Below are positions 43,779 through 52,099 of a stretch of DNA of 52,099 bases, piece by piece. The notes under the pieces are model-generated. The model saw nothing but the letters and a program-made list of their open reading frames with translations. It was not told the DNA's origin and ran no database searches. The position numbers were made by a program, and so were the translations under genes. The DNA is taken from IMG/VR virus record IMGVR_UViG_3300048858_000105, positions 1 through 52,099 of that record; one strand, written 5' to 3'. This DNA is from a virus (lineage: Duplodnaviria > Caudoviricetes). Within the stretch, counting starts at the first letter, position 1. Each line of letters begins with the position of its first letter.

Positions 43779-44755
43779 CAGGGGCTCACCTCGCCCCGTG
43801 CCACCGCGGCCTCGTGCTCGGCGGCGATGCGCGCTTCGTACTCCGCCTCCGTCTCCTCGGCGAGTGTCGCGGGCTCGGAAGCGGCGGGCGGCTCAGCCGC
43901 CGCTGCCTCGGTCGGCTCATCGGAGACGATCTGCGCGTCCTCGGTGATTGCCTCCCGAGAGAGCACCCCCGCACGGGCGAGCCAGGCGGCCTTGAGCGTG
44001 TCCGTCGCCTCGTCGGCATCGACCATGCGGACCTTGATCTCCTCGAGCTCGTCACGCGTCGTGGCGGCCGTGATCAGCGCCGCCCAGTTGGTGCCCGGCT
44101 CAGCCGCGGCCGACTCATCGACAGGCGTTACTTCCAAGCGCATCTCGTCGTCCGTGTAGATCCCAGACAGGTCCTGCGGGAACGCCTTGCGGAGGCCGAG
44201 CGCCTCGGCGCACTTCGCGAGCTGGCCGGGGCCGCGCTGCTGCCACATGGCGGTGAGCGCGCCCTTCTTCGTGTACTGGGCGTACTCGTCCCAGGTGGCA
44301 ATGCCGACGGCGGGCTTGTCCCAGTCGTGGCGGTAGACGTTGACTCGCGCCGCAAGCGGGTGTTCACCGTGCAACGCTTTGACGAACACGGGGACCCACT
44401 CGCCCGACGCGGTCAGCCACTCGGGGGCGCCCTGGCCGGCGTACTTCTTCGAGCGCTCGGCGATCACGCGGAACCCGTCGATCGCGGTTTGGATCGACCA
44501 CTCGAGCCCGTCGGAGCCGAACCTGCCGATGCAGTAGATCTGCCGCGCGAGAGGATCCAGGCCCGTGCGCTCGCACGTGTGCAGGAACCGAGCCACGACC
44601 GGACGGGGCGCCAGGACCTTCTCGCCCCGACGGTCGCCGTACGAGTGGGTGAAGACCAGGCCTGCGGCCTCGATGATCGCCTTCTCCTCGGCGGTCCACG
44701 CTTCGGTGTCGCTCGTGGTGGGCAGAGTCGCGAGGGACTTTCCCGCGGTGTTCAT
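43778..44755 (-). CDS. RecT/Bet-family single-strand annealing protein
   Basis: TGLDPLARQIY.I.R...IDGFRVIAERS...W...QLAKCAEALGLRKAFP..LSG.YT.DEM. Confidence 0.92.
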   Translation of the reverse strand: MNTAGKSLATLPTTSDTEAWTAEEKAIIEAAGLVFTHSYGDRRGEKVLAPRPVVARFLHTCERTGLDPLARQIYCIGRFGSDGLEWSIQTAIDGFRVIAERSKKYAGQGAPEWLTASGEWVPVFVKALHGEHPLAARVNVYRHDWDKPAVGIATWDEYAQYTKKGALTAMWQQRGPGQLAKCAEALGLRKAFPQDLSGIYTDDEMRLEVTPVDESAAAEPGTNWAALITAATTRDELEEIKVRMVDADEATDTLKAAWLARAGVLSREAITEDAQIVSDEPTEAAAAEPPAASEPATLAEETEAEYEARIAAEHEAAVARGEVSP

Positions 44756-45378
44756 GCGAATGCTCCTTCGAGAGCGCGGGCCGCGTCGAGCGCGGCGAGG
44801 ACTTCGTGCGCGATCGGCACGATCAGGGACGTCGCGGCCACGATCTCGGGGTGGTCGCGGTGGTAGACGAGGGTCTGCGGGTCGCGGCGCAGCTCCCACT
44901 CGGGCATGTCGCCGGATCCGCCGCGGATCAGCTCGCCCCACACCCACTCGGCGTACGCCGCCTCGGGGATGCAGTACATCTGCCACGCAAGCTGACGGAT
45001 CTCGTACGGCGTCGGGCGGGTGATGACCTTGAGGTGCTTCGCCTTCGTCTCGACGATCACGAGCTCGTCGCCGACGCGCTTCGTGCCGTCCACCGTCGCG
45101 GCGAAGCGGCGGTTCTCCGGGTGGTGGATCAGCAGGCTGTTCGCTTCGGCACCGGCCCACGCGAGGAGCATCGGCTCCCACCGGTTCCCCGATCGCGTCG
45201 AGTCGTTGCCGTGGAACTCGCGCGGAGCGAGGATCTGCCGGACGTACGTCTCGACGCTCGACGTCTTCGCGAACTTCCCGGCCGTCGACGAACCGATGGC
45301 CTTGTCGTGCTGGCTCAACCAAGACTCCCGGTCGTTCGAGTCCGCGAGCGTGCGGCCCAGGACCGCGAGCGCGCTCAC
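44752..45378 (-). CDS. YqaJ / lambda-exonuclease-family recombination nuclease
   Basis: W......IGSS, G...EP, ATVDG, VETK and Q..WQM motifs. Confidence 0.88.
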   Translation of the reverse strand: MSALAVLGRTLADSNDRESWLSQHDKAIGSSTAGKFAKTSSVETYVRQILAPREFHGNDSTRSGNRWEPMLLAWAGAEANSLLIHHPENRRFAATVDGTKRVGDELVIVETKAKHLKVITRPTPYEIRQLAWQMYCIPEAAYAEWVWGELIRGGSGDMPEWELRRDPQTLVYHRDHPEIVAATSLIVPIAHEVLAALDAARALEGAFA

Positions 45379-45629
45379 AGCCCCAGCTCCTGCTCGATCA
45401 GCGAGACCAGGTAACCCTGCGTGCGAGCGTTCGGCGCACGAGTTCCGAGGAACGCGATCAGGTTCGCCGTGCGCTGCTCAGCGCCCAGCGCAAGCTGCGC
45501 GTGCAGGCGAGCCTTGTCGAGCTGGATCACCGCGAGCATGTGCGGTGCCATCTCGACGCCGTTGATGATCGAGTCCGCTGCCTTCTGCAGCTGCTGGGCC
45601 CGGTCGATGTGGTCGACTCGTTCACCCAT
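45375..45629 (-). CDS. Hypothetical protein
   Basis: A.LAL..EQRTANLIA motif; coupled. Confidence 0.7.
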   Translation of the reverse strand: MGERVDHIDRAQQLQKAADSIINGVEMAPHMLAVIQLDKARLHAQLALGAEQRTANLIAFLGTRAPNARTQGYLVSLIEQELGL

Positions 45630-46876
45630 CAGGCGGGCACCTCCTCGGCGAGGGCGCCGTCGCGGATGGTGAATCCGATCAGGCGGGACTCGTCGCGGTC
45701 GCGCTCCATCAGGACCGTGTAGCCGCGCTCGTCCGCGAGGCCCGCGATCGCCTGCAGGGAGTCCGCGTCGAGCAGGTCGCCGTCCCGGATGATCACCAAG
45801 CGGAGCTTCGGATCCCCGGCGGTGGCGATCGCGAATGCGATCTTGCGGCGCTCCGCCGAGTTGACCTGGCCGAACGGGATGCCGTTGAACGTCACGCCCT
45901 CGTCGGTCACCGACAGGCCCGGGACAGGGAACTCCGCCGCTGCGAGCCCGGCTCGCTTGTCCTGCTCGATCCGGTCGAGCTCGGCCTGCGCCGCCTTCTG
46001 CGCCGACGTGTAGTCGCTGAGCTCCGCGGCGAGCTTGCCGTACTCGCGCGCCTGTCGCCGCGCGCGATTCGTGTCCTCGATCGTGCGCAGCTGCTCACGC
46101 AGGGGCTCCACATCGATCGGCTCCGGCTGGATCTTGAGGGTGCGCCACGCGCGCTCCTGCCGGTCCGCGGCCTCCTCGCGCCGACGCTTGAGCTCCTCGA
46201 TCTGCCGGTCGAAGTCCGCGACCGCGTTGGCCGCGTCGTCGTACTGACGGCGAGCCAGGTCGCGGGCGCCGTTGCTGGCCTCCGCCTGCGAGATCTGCTG
46301 GATGATGTCGGCCGCCGACACCTCCTCAGTGGAGTAGCCCGCCGGCGGCTTCTGCAGGGACGACAGGGCGCCCTGCAGACGCTTCACCTCACGGCCAGCC
46401 TCCAGCCGGCGCTGCTCGGCGGCGAGCTTCTCGCGGGCGATCGCGTCCAGGTCGAACGGCAGCGTCACCTTCTCGAGCAGGATGTCGCGCTGCTTCTTCT
46501 CGTCGAGGTTCAGGAACGCGACCGGATCGAAGATCGCTCCGCCCGTCAGCTCGGCGACCACGTCGGACGGGCGGGAGTATCGCGCGCCGTCGAGCGCCTC
46601 GACCTGCAGCGCTCCGGCCGTGCCGTTCTTCTTCCATGTGCGGATGATCCGCAGGCCGAGCTCGTCGTCGACGTACTCCGCGCGCGCCTCGTCGGCGCCC
46701 TCACGGATCGGCTTCGGCGTGAGCTTCGTGCCCTTCGGGTCGAACAGCTCGGCGATCGCGTCGATGAACGATGACTTCCCCGCGCCGTTGCCGCCAGCGA
46801 TGAGGACGAGGCGGCCCGAGGGGGACAGCTCGATGTGGCGGACGCCCTTGTAGTCGGTGACCTTGAAGGTCTGCAT
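45629..46876 (-). CDS. SMC/Rad50-like AAA ATPase
   Basis: GGNGAGKSS Walker A, long coiled coil, degenerate signature and Walker B (IIRDGDLLD). Confidence 0.88.
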   Translation of the reverse strand: MQTFKVTDYKGVRHIELSPSGRLVLIAGGNGAGKSSFIDAIAELFDPKGTKLTPKPIREGADEARAEYVDDELGLRIIRTWKKNGTAGALQVEALDGARYSRPSDVVAELTGGAIFDPVAFLNLDEKKQRDILLEKVTLPFDLDAIAREKLAAEQRRLEAGREVKRLQGALSSLQKPPAGYSTEEVSAADIIQQISQAEASNGARDLARRQYDDAANAVADFDRQIEELKRRREEAADRQERAWRTLKIQPEPIDVEPLREQLRTIEDTNRARRQAREYGKLAAELSDYTSAQKAAQAELDRIEQDKRAGLAAAEFPVPGLSVTDEGVTFNGIPFGQVNSAERRKIAFAIATAGDPKLRLVIIRDGDLLDADSLQAIAGLADERGYTVLMERDRDESRLIGFTIRDGALAEEVPA

Positions 46877-46907
46877 GAGTGCTCCTGGATGGTGTCGGGG
46901 GCGCTGG

Positions 46908-47075
46908 TTACGCGCGCTTGCGGGGGAGGAGCGGCCAGGCCGCCCAGGTGAAGCCGGCGACGCAGATGCCGCAGGCGAGGTCTGCCCCGTTGGTGACCGG
47001 GGCGCCGGCAGCGATGCCGCACGGGACGGCCGCGATCAGCGCGGCCGCGGCGAGGATGAAGCGCCAGGCGCTCAC
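46908..47075 (-). CDS. Small 2-TM membrane protein
   Basis: MSAWRFILAAAALIAAVP...FTWAAWPLLPRKRA; coupled. Confidence 0.6.
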   Translation of the reverse strand: MSAWRFILAAAALIAAVPCGIAAGAPVTNGADLACGICVAGFTWAAWPLLPRKRA

Positions 47076-47227
47076 GACTGCGCCCGGATCTTCTCGGTGC
47101 AGCGGGCGCAGACGGCCGTGACCGGCTGCAGCGTCGTGCGGTGGGCGACCGGCTTGCCGCAGGCGGTGCGTTTGCCGTCGACGACGATGTGCGAGGTTCC
47201 GGAGGGGAACGAGAGCAGGTACCTCAT
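47072..47227 (-). CDS. Small zinc-binding protein
   Basis: H...TACG...CARC. Confidence 0.6.
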   Translation of the reverse strand: MRYLLSFPSGTSHIVVDGKRTACGKPVAHRTTLQPVTAVCARCTEKIRAQS

Positions 47228-47556
47228 GCGTCCTCCGCGAGTGCCCACAGCTGGCGACGGCGGCCGCGCGGCGGGTCCGTCTTGCCGACGAACTCCGTCA
47301 CGCCCTTGCGGGACAGCTCGACCGGGGTCGACCGCATCCGCGAGGCAGAGAAGCCCAGCTCGCGAGCCTCCGCGATCTTCACGATCTGCTCGGCCGTCAT
47401 GGGCTTGCCGTGCGCGCGCATGATCTCGATCGCGGCCTGCTGCGATGCCCACACGTGCGCACTGGAGATGCTGTCGGCGGCCTCGTGCGACGTGTCCGGG
47501 TCGGCCTTCCGCGCGACTGCGACGTCCTCCAGACGGAACAGCTCCTCGACGCTCAC
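47224..47556 (-). CDS. Winged-helix DNA-binding protein
   Basis: AR..DP.TSHEAA...S..R....EL...G motif. Confidence 0.75.
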   Translation of the reverse strand: MSVEELFRLEDVAVARKADPDTSHEAADSISSAHVWASQQAAIEIMRAHGKPMTAEQIVKIAEARELGFSASRMRSTPVELSRKGVTEFVGKTDPPRGRRRQLWALAEDA

Positions 47557-47858
47557 GACGTCGCCACCGATCGCACGACAAGCCGGATGCACTTCGGGCA
47601 CCACTCGTTGAGCTGCTTCCCGTCCCACGTCGTCTTCGAGTCGGGGTTGGGTTCTGTTGCGGTGAACGGCACCATCTGGCCATCGCAGAGGACGGGGCGC
47701 ATTCCGCCGCCGCCCCAGGCATCCCGGCCTCGGACGCCGCACAGCGCGCCGCCGAGACTGAAACGCCGCCCGTCCTTCATTGCCGCACGGCGGATCGCGT
47801 GCTTCACGTCCCCGTTGACCGGGATCGCTTCGACGTACTCAGGATCGGTGTGCGGCAT
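47553..47858 (-). CDS. Hypothetical Cys/His protein
   Basis: H...ALCG...WCPKC. Confidence 0.65.
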   Translation of the reverse strand: MPHTDPEYVEAIPVNGDVKHAIRRAAMKDGRRFSLGGALCGVRGRDAWGGGGMRPVLCDGQMVPFTATEPNPDSKTTWDGKQLNEWCPKCIRLVVRSVATS

Positions 47859-48348
47859 GCTTCACTCCTCCGTGTCCCGTCGCCGGCGTCTCCGTCATCA
47901 GCGACTGCCAGTAGCGGAGCTCGCGCTCCGCCTTCTCGATCTGTCGGGCGATCGCGTTCGCCTCAGCGACCGACTCCGCCCCGAACGCGGCCATCACGCG
48001 CTCGCGCTCGACGATCAACTCGTCCCGCTGCGCCTCGATGCGCGCGGCCTCAACCGCGGCCTCCTCCCGCTCGCGAGCCCGCCGCTCCTTCACGCGGTCG
48101 ACGTGGCGCTTCGACCGATCCCGGTCCGTCGTCTCACCGATCGACTTGAGGAACGCGCGGCGCGAGCGGTGCTCGTCCGTGTCGGACATGCCTGCATTCA
48201 CCCGCAGCTCCGGACGCTCCGGATGGGTGTAGAAGGCGATGCCCTTCGAGTTGACGCGGTCGAACGCGTACCCGTGGGACTCGATCAGTGCGACGTACTT
48301 CTTCGCGCACTTCCCGTACGTCGGGACGCCGACGTGGTTCTTCGGCAT
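47839..48348 (-). CDS. Early protein with a HicA-like N-terminus and a coiled coil
   Basis: Helix-HGYAF...KG...YTHP...V...SD pattern, then a charged helix. Confidence 0.6.
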   Translation of the reverse strand: MPKNHVGVPTYGKCAKKYVALIESHGYAFDRVNSKGIAFYTHPERPELRVNAGMSDTDEHRSRRAFLKSIGETTDRDRSKRHVDRVKERRAREREEAAVEAARIEAQRDELIVERERVMAAFGAESVAEANAIARQIEKAERELRYWQSLMTETPATGHGGVKHAAHRS

Positions 48349-48489
48349 CAGGCGACCTCGGGATCGGCGTTCCGCGCCGCTCCCTCCGGCCCCGGACGGT
48401 CCGGAGAGCCGCGAAGAACTCCGACTCCTCACGGTTCACGTCCACTGCACCGGCGCCCACGTTGGTGAGCGCTGCGATCGGCTTCTGGT

Positions 48490-48609
48490 TCATGTGTGCC
48501 TCCTGATCCATGCCGCCACCCGGGCCCAGAGGGACGGGGGGAACGACTGCTGAATGGGCGCCGTTGCGATCACGTGGCGCGACGCGGGAACGGCCTGGTA
48601 GTCGGTCAT
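48490..48609 (-). CDS. Small early protein (39 aa)
   Basis: Strong RBS GAGGAGG; amphipathic C-terminus. Confidence 0.55.
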   Translation of the reverse strand: MTDYQAVPASRHVIATAPIQQSFPPSLWARVAAWIRRHT

Positions 48610-48632
48610 CGAGACCTCCTCTAATCGGGTGA

Positions 48633-48710
48633 TGGTGGCGCGCAGCCGGAGGCTCGAACTCCGGATCCTCAAAGGCCCGTAGGCACGAGGACGCCGCCGC
48701 CCCCTGCGCG
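48633..48710 (-). ncRNA. tRNA-like structured RNA (non-canonical)
   Basis: 7-bp acceptor-like stem CGCGCAG/CTGCGCG, T-arm CCGGAG-TTCGAGC-CTCCGG and 3' CCACCA; no D arm or canonical anticodon loop. Confidence 0.6.
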
Positions 48711-48791
48711 ATCTCCTCTTCTCCACGCCCAGCGGGCGGCTCGGGGGAGAGCCCGAGTGAGCCGCGCGCGTTCCAGCGCGCGCAGCCCCGT

Positions 48792-48834
48792 GCCCTGCCG
48801 ACGGCTCGAAACGTCGGTGCCTGCCTCCCAGGGC
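48792..48834 (-). ncRNA. Second, minimal tRNA-like element
   Basis: GCCCTG/CAGGGC stem stacked on CCGACG-TTTCGAGC-CGTCGG. Confidence 0.45.
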
Positions 48835-49178
48835 GCCGTCGATCTCGCTCGACGCCAGCGAACAAACTCACGCCTTCGCCGATGGGGCCGCCCGTGAAGG
48901 GGCCTACTGACACGGCTCGTCAGCGCTACTCGGACGACGTGACCTCACGAGCCACGCCTGCCCCGGAAACCCGGGGTCACCGCCCCGCGCGCGCCTGAAT
49001 GCTCTTTCGGAAGGAGCCGGCTACGTCCGCGGGACTTATCGCTGTTGAGTTCGCCCCGTGCCTCTTAGCCGTTCCAAGGGGATGAGGTGGGGAATGAAGT
49101 TGTGCCCGGGCGCCCGTTTCCGGGTACGCCGAGTAGTGCCTCGCAGCGCCTGCGACAGCGGCTGGGGGCGGGGGAGGG

Positions 49179-49298
49179 TTAGGCGGCGGAGTAGCGGTAC
49201 TCCGAGCCGCTGGGTTCCTGAGCCTTCGCCAGCAGGAAGTCCGCGAGCGCCGTCAGGCACTCCTCACGGGTCTTCTCGCCGGGCTCGTCGTTAGCCAC
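49179..49298 (-). CDS. Small protein downstream of cro (39 aa)
   Basis: GTG overlaps the cro stop; MANDEPGEKTREECLTALADFLL... Confidence 0.5.
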   Translation of the reverse strand: MANDEPGEKTREECLTALADFLLAKAQEPSGSEYRYSAA

Positions 49299-49537
49299 TA
49301 GGCGGCTTCCTGCAGTGCGTCCGTCCGGACGACTTCGAAGGCCTCGCCCAGGCCGAGGCCGAAGGCATCGCAGAATCCCGCGATGAATGCTCCGGACGGC
49401 TGGCTGCCGCTCATCACGCGGCGGAGGGTGGTGCGGTCGGCACCGATGAGGCGGGCGAAGGCGTCTTCGGAGTTGATTCCGCGGACCTCGCGCAGCCGCT
49501 CGACGAGTCCCGGCTTGATGCGAATCGCAACGCTCAT
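49298..49537 (-). CDS. Cro-like XRE HTH regulator
   Basis: SEDAFARLIGADRTTLRRV..G..PS..FIA; divergent from the repressor. Confidence 0.88.
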   Translation of the reverse strand: MSVAIRIKPGLVERLREVRGINSEDAFARLIGADRTTLRRVMSGSQPSGAFIAGFCDAFGLGLGEAFEVVRTDALQEAA

Positions 49538-49565
49538 TTCGATGCCTCTCTGAATCAGTGTTGCC

Positions 49566-49699
49566 TTGCAGTGATGCAAGTGTGCCACATAGCGGCGTGA
49601 TTTTGGCGCAGGATTGACGCGTTGTGGTGGTCTTGTGAGGCCAACCCGCAAGACTGCACCGCATTTCGGTTGACAGCTGATGCAAAAGTGCATCAAAGT
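49566..49699. promoter_or_regulatory. Lysis/lysogeny switch: operators and repressor promoter
   Basis: Palindrome TGATGCA-AAAG-TGCATCA (49678-49695) and a related site TGATGCAAGTGTGCCACA (49572-49589). TTGACA (49670-49675), 18-nt spacer, CAAAGT, then ATG 6 nt later. Confidence 0.75.
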
Positions 49700-49705
49700 G
49701 GGAGC

Positions 49706-50146
49706 ATGACAAGCCGCAAGGAGTACCTGCTCGCCGCCACGGGCGCGCGTAGCGCACGCGCTATCGCCGCAGCAGCAGGCCTCGACGCCTCTACGGTGAA
49801 CCGCCAGCTGACCGGAGCGTCGGCCCTCACCATCGAGACGGTCGTCGCCATTTGCCGGGCCTACTCACTCGACATGGCCGAGACCTTCGTCGGGGTCGGC
49901 TTCATCACCCCCGACGAAGCAGATCACCTTGGCCGCGCACACGGACTGGCGGAGTACTCCGACCTGGAACTCGCGCGCGAGATTGTCCGCCGCATCGAGG
50001 AAAGCGAGGCCACACCGGTCCTAACGGAACCGCTCGATGTCGGTGGCGTCGTGCAGGATCTCCCGGAACGCCAGCGCGAATTTGGGCTCGCTGCGCGTAG
50101 TAGGGCGAAGGACCGCGGGTTGGATGAAGGGGGATTCCATGCGTGA
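49706..50146 (+). CDS. Immunity repressor (XRE HTH)
   Basis: SARAIAAAAGLDASTVNRQL...V.AICRAY...G.IT..EA...SD.EL..E; followed by the protease and integrase. Confidence 0.88.
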   Translation: MTSRKEYLLAATGARSARAIAAAAGLDASTVNRQLTGASALTIETVVAICRAYSLDMAETFVGVGFITPDEADHLGRAHGLAEYSDLELAREIVRRIEESEATPVLTEPLDVGGVVQDLPERQREFGLAARSRAKDRGLDEGGFHA

Positions 50147-50612
50147 CAGCACCCGAGCGTCACTGCTCGACATGGCGGATGCGCTCGAGGTGCGGATCGT
50201 CTACGCCGACCTGAGCCACCTGGAGCGCGATGGCGACTACTGCTTTCGCACGAACACCATCCGACTGCAGGAAGGCATGGCGCCCAGGCTGTACAACTCG
50301 GTCCTAGCGCACGAGCTTGCTCACGCGGTCTTTGGAGACTCGCGCAGCATGTTCGGGCCTATCAACGCCAAGCAGGAGCGACGTGCCGACGAGTGGGCCG
50401 CGCTTCGGCTCATCGATCTGGACGCATACCGGGAAGCCGAGCACCTGCGCGACGGACATATCCCGTCCATGGCCTACGACCTCGGTGTGATCGAGGACAG
50501 CGTCGAGGCGTACCAGCGAGTTCTGGTCCGCGTAGGTGACACGCTGTACCTCCAGCCACGGATGGGCGCCGGTCAGTGGGCCGAGCGCATCGCCCTCGCA
50601 GAACCGGCCTAG
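50139..50612 (+). CDS. ImmA/IrrE-family metallopeptidase (candidate antirepressor)
   Basis: LAHELAH (HExxH) and QERRADEWAA..LI motifs. Confidence 0.92.
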   Translation: MRDSTRASLLDMADALEVRIVYADLSHLERDGDYCFRTNTIRLQEGMAPRLYNSVLAHELAHAVFGDSRSMFGPINAKQERRADEWAALRLIDLDAYREAEHLRDGHIPSMAYDLGVIEDSVEAYQRVLVRVGDTLYLQPRMGAGQWAERIALAEPA

Positions 50613-50617
50613 CGAAG

Positions 50618-52099
50618 ATGCGGGGCTTGAGCACAAACGTGCAGCGGCTTCCTCTCCGCCAGCGTCGCGGGCTGGCGTTGATCCGTGTATCGAAGGAACG
50701 CGACGGCATGACGTCGCCCGACGTGCAGCGCAACGCGATTCAGCAGTTCGCCGACTCGCAGAACATCGAGGTGATCGACTGGATTGAAGGTCTAGACGAG
50801 TCGGGATCGGACAGGAAATCCGCTTGGTGGCCGCGGCTCGACCAGTCCATCGACCGCATGCAAGCTGGCGAGTGCGACGTCATCCTCGTGTGGCGATTCA
50901 GTCGCGTCGGCCGCCAGCGCCTCCGCTGGGCGATTGCCCTCGACCGAGTCGACACGCTCGGGGGGATGATCCTCTCCGCAACCGAGCCGATCGAGTCCGC
51001 GACAGCCTCCGGCAGATTCACGCGCGGCATGCTCGGCGAACTCAACGCGTACCAGGCGGAGCTGATCGGCGAGATGTGGAAGGAGACCCACCAGCGCCTG
51101 CGGTCGCAAGGCCTGCCGCACGGGGGCCACCATCGATTCGGATACCAGCGCGTCGACGGCAGGTTCGAGCCGGACCCCGTGACCGGCCCGATCCTTGCGG
51201 AGATCTACAGACGCGCGCTCAGAGGTGACGGAGCGGGGCGCATCACACGGTGGCTGAACGAGCAGGGCATCCCGACGACCCAGGGGAACCCGTGGATCAG
51301 CACGAACCTCTATCAGATGCTCGACAGCGGGTTCGGAGCTGGCCTTATCGTTCATCGACCTGGCTGGAAGAACAAGCGACTCCCCAAGAGCGAGTGGAAG
51401 TTCTATCCCGGCGCCCACGAAGCGGTGATCGAACAGGGAGAGTGGGCGGCTTACTGGCAACGACGGCTGTCGCTCTCTGAGCCATCCCGCGCAATCGAGG
51501 CGCGTCATCTGCTAACCGGTCTCATCCATTGCGCCGACTGCGGCGGACGCATGAACGTCACGCATGGGCGCTACCGCTGCATCCGAGCCGCGCGCGTTCG
51601 CGGAACCGGCCGAACGCAACTCTCGATCGAAGCGCCGGCCGTGGAGCGGGCCGTCGAGCGGTGGGTGATGAGTCTCGCCGATGACACCGACGCGCTCCTG
51701 GACGCGCGAGCAGCCACCGCAAAGCGGAAAGTCCGGTCGGTGAACGATGCTGAGGCGATACAACGCAAGATCGCCCGCCTCGAGGAGAAGATGGCGGCGC
51801 TCACCATCCAGCAGCTCGGGGACAATGCGATCCCCGAAGCGGCGTACCAGGCGACGATCAGGAAGCTCGACGCCGATCACGCCAGCCTCGCTGCACGACA
51901 GCAATCCGTGGAACTCGTGAACGCTCAGCGAGAGGTGGACGTGAGGGAGATCGCGACACACCTTCAGAGCGCGTGGCGCTCGCTCGCTACGCACGAGCGC
52001 CGGCAGGCGCTCCGAGAGGTCGTCTCTGCCGTGCTTGTGAAGCCCACCGGCCAAGGGGATCGAATCCTCATCGTCCCGCGCTGGGAAGCGCGCGGTTAG
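50618..52099 (+). CDS. Large serine integrase
   Basis: IRVS catalytic Ser, S...Q, D..SG, RFSRVGR; recombinase domain; LLTGLIHCADCG zinc ribbon; coiled coil. Confidence 0.96.
   Translation: MRGLSTNVQRLPLRQRRGLALIRVSKERDGMTSPDVQRNAIQQFADSQNIEVIDWIEGLDESGSDRKSAWWPRLDQSIDRMQAGECDVILVWRFSRVGRQRLRWAIALDRVDTLGGMILSATEPIESATASGRFTRGMLGELNAYQAELIGEMWKETHQRLRSQGLPHGGHHRFGYQRVDGRFEPDPVTGPILAEIYRRALRGDGAGRITRWLNEQGIPTTQGNPWISTNLYQMLDSGFGAGLIVHRPGWKNKRLPKSEWKFYPGAHEAVIEQGEWAAYWQRRLSLSEPSRAIEARHLLTGLIHCADCGGRMNVTHGRYRCIRAARVRGTGRTQLSIEAPAVERAVERWVMSLADDTDALLDARAATAKRKVRSVNDAEAIQRKIARLEEKMAALTIQQLGDNAIPEAAYQATIRKLDADHASLAARQQSVELVNAQREVDVREIATHLQSAWRSLATHERRQALREVVSAVLVKPTGQGDRILIVPRWEARG

Larger units (their letters stand above)
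502..52099. mobile_element. Temperate siphovirus prophage with a serine integrase
   Basis: Complete head, tail, lysis, replication, immunity and integrase modules in canonical order. Left boundary is at the tadA breakpoint; right boundary is beyond the window. Confidence 0.95.

Noticed and set aside
48633-48710. Canonical tRNA gene
   Set aside because: There is no D arm and no 7-nt anticodon loop, so it is kept only as a tRNA-like element.
48134-48913. 259-aa ORF across the early leader
   Set aside because: It overlaps better-supported small genes and RNA structures. Only the segment from ATG 48493 looks protein-like, and its end is ambiguous.

Overview
This window is an apparently complete ~51.6 kb temperate siphovirus prophage in a high-GC actinobacterium. 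The host is probably Microbacterium-like, inferred from the SSB and TadA sequences. The phage sits inside the host cpaF/tadA (Tad pilus ATPase) gene: TadA-like sequence stops at ...HWAVN (about nt 501). A large serine integrase ends at the right edge of the window, so attR and the 3' half of tadA lie outside it. From right to left the modules are: integrase / ImmA-type protease / repressor / Cro switch; a structured early leader with two tRNA-like elements; recombination and replication genes (AAA ATPase, YqaJ exonuclease, RecT/Bet, RuvC, SNF2-methyltransferase fusion, initiator, SSB); HNH, terminases and portal; head; tail (with a -1 frameshift chaperone pair); lysis; and a ~4.6 kb accessory region. 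The strongest candidate new system is a three-gene toxin-antitoxin-chaperone (TAC) operon (HicA-like Cys-rich toxin, HTH antitoxin with a ChAD-like tail, SecB-like chaperone) in a repeat-flanked cassette next to the holin. Other signals are a HEPN-like moron near the likely packaging site, a lipoprotein moron in the tail operon, and a shared leaderless-promoter signature on most accessory genes. All family calls come from motif recognition and gene order; no database search was run.
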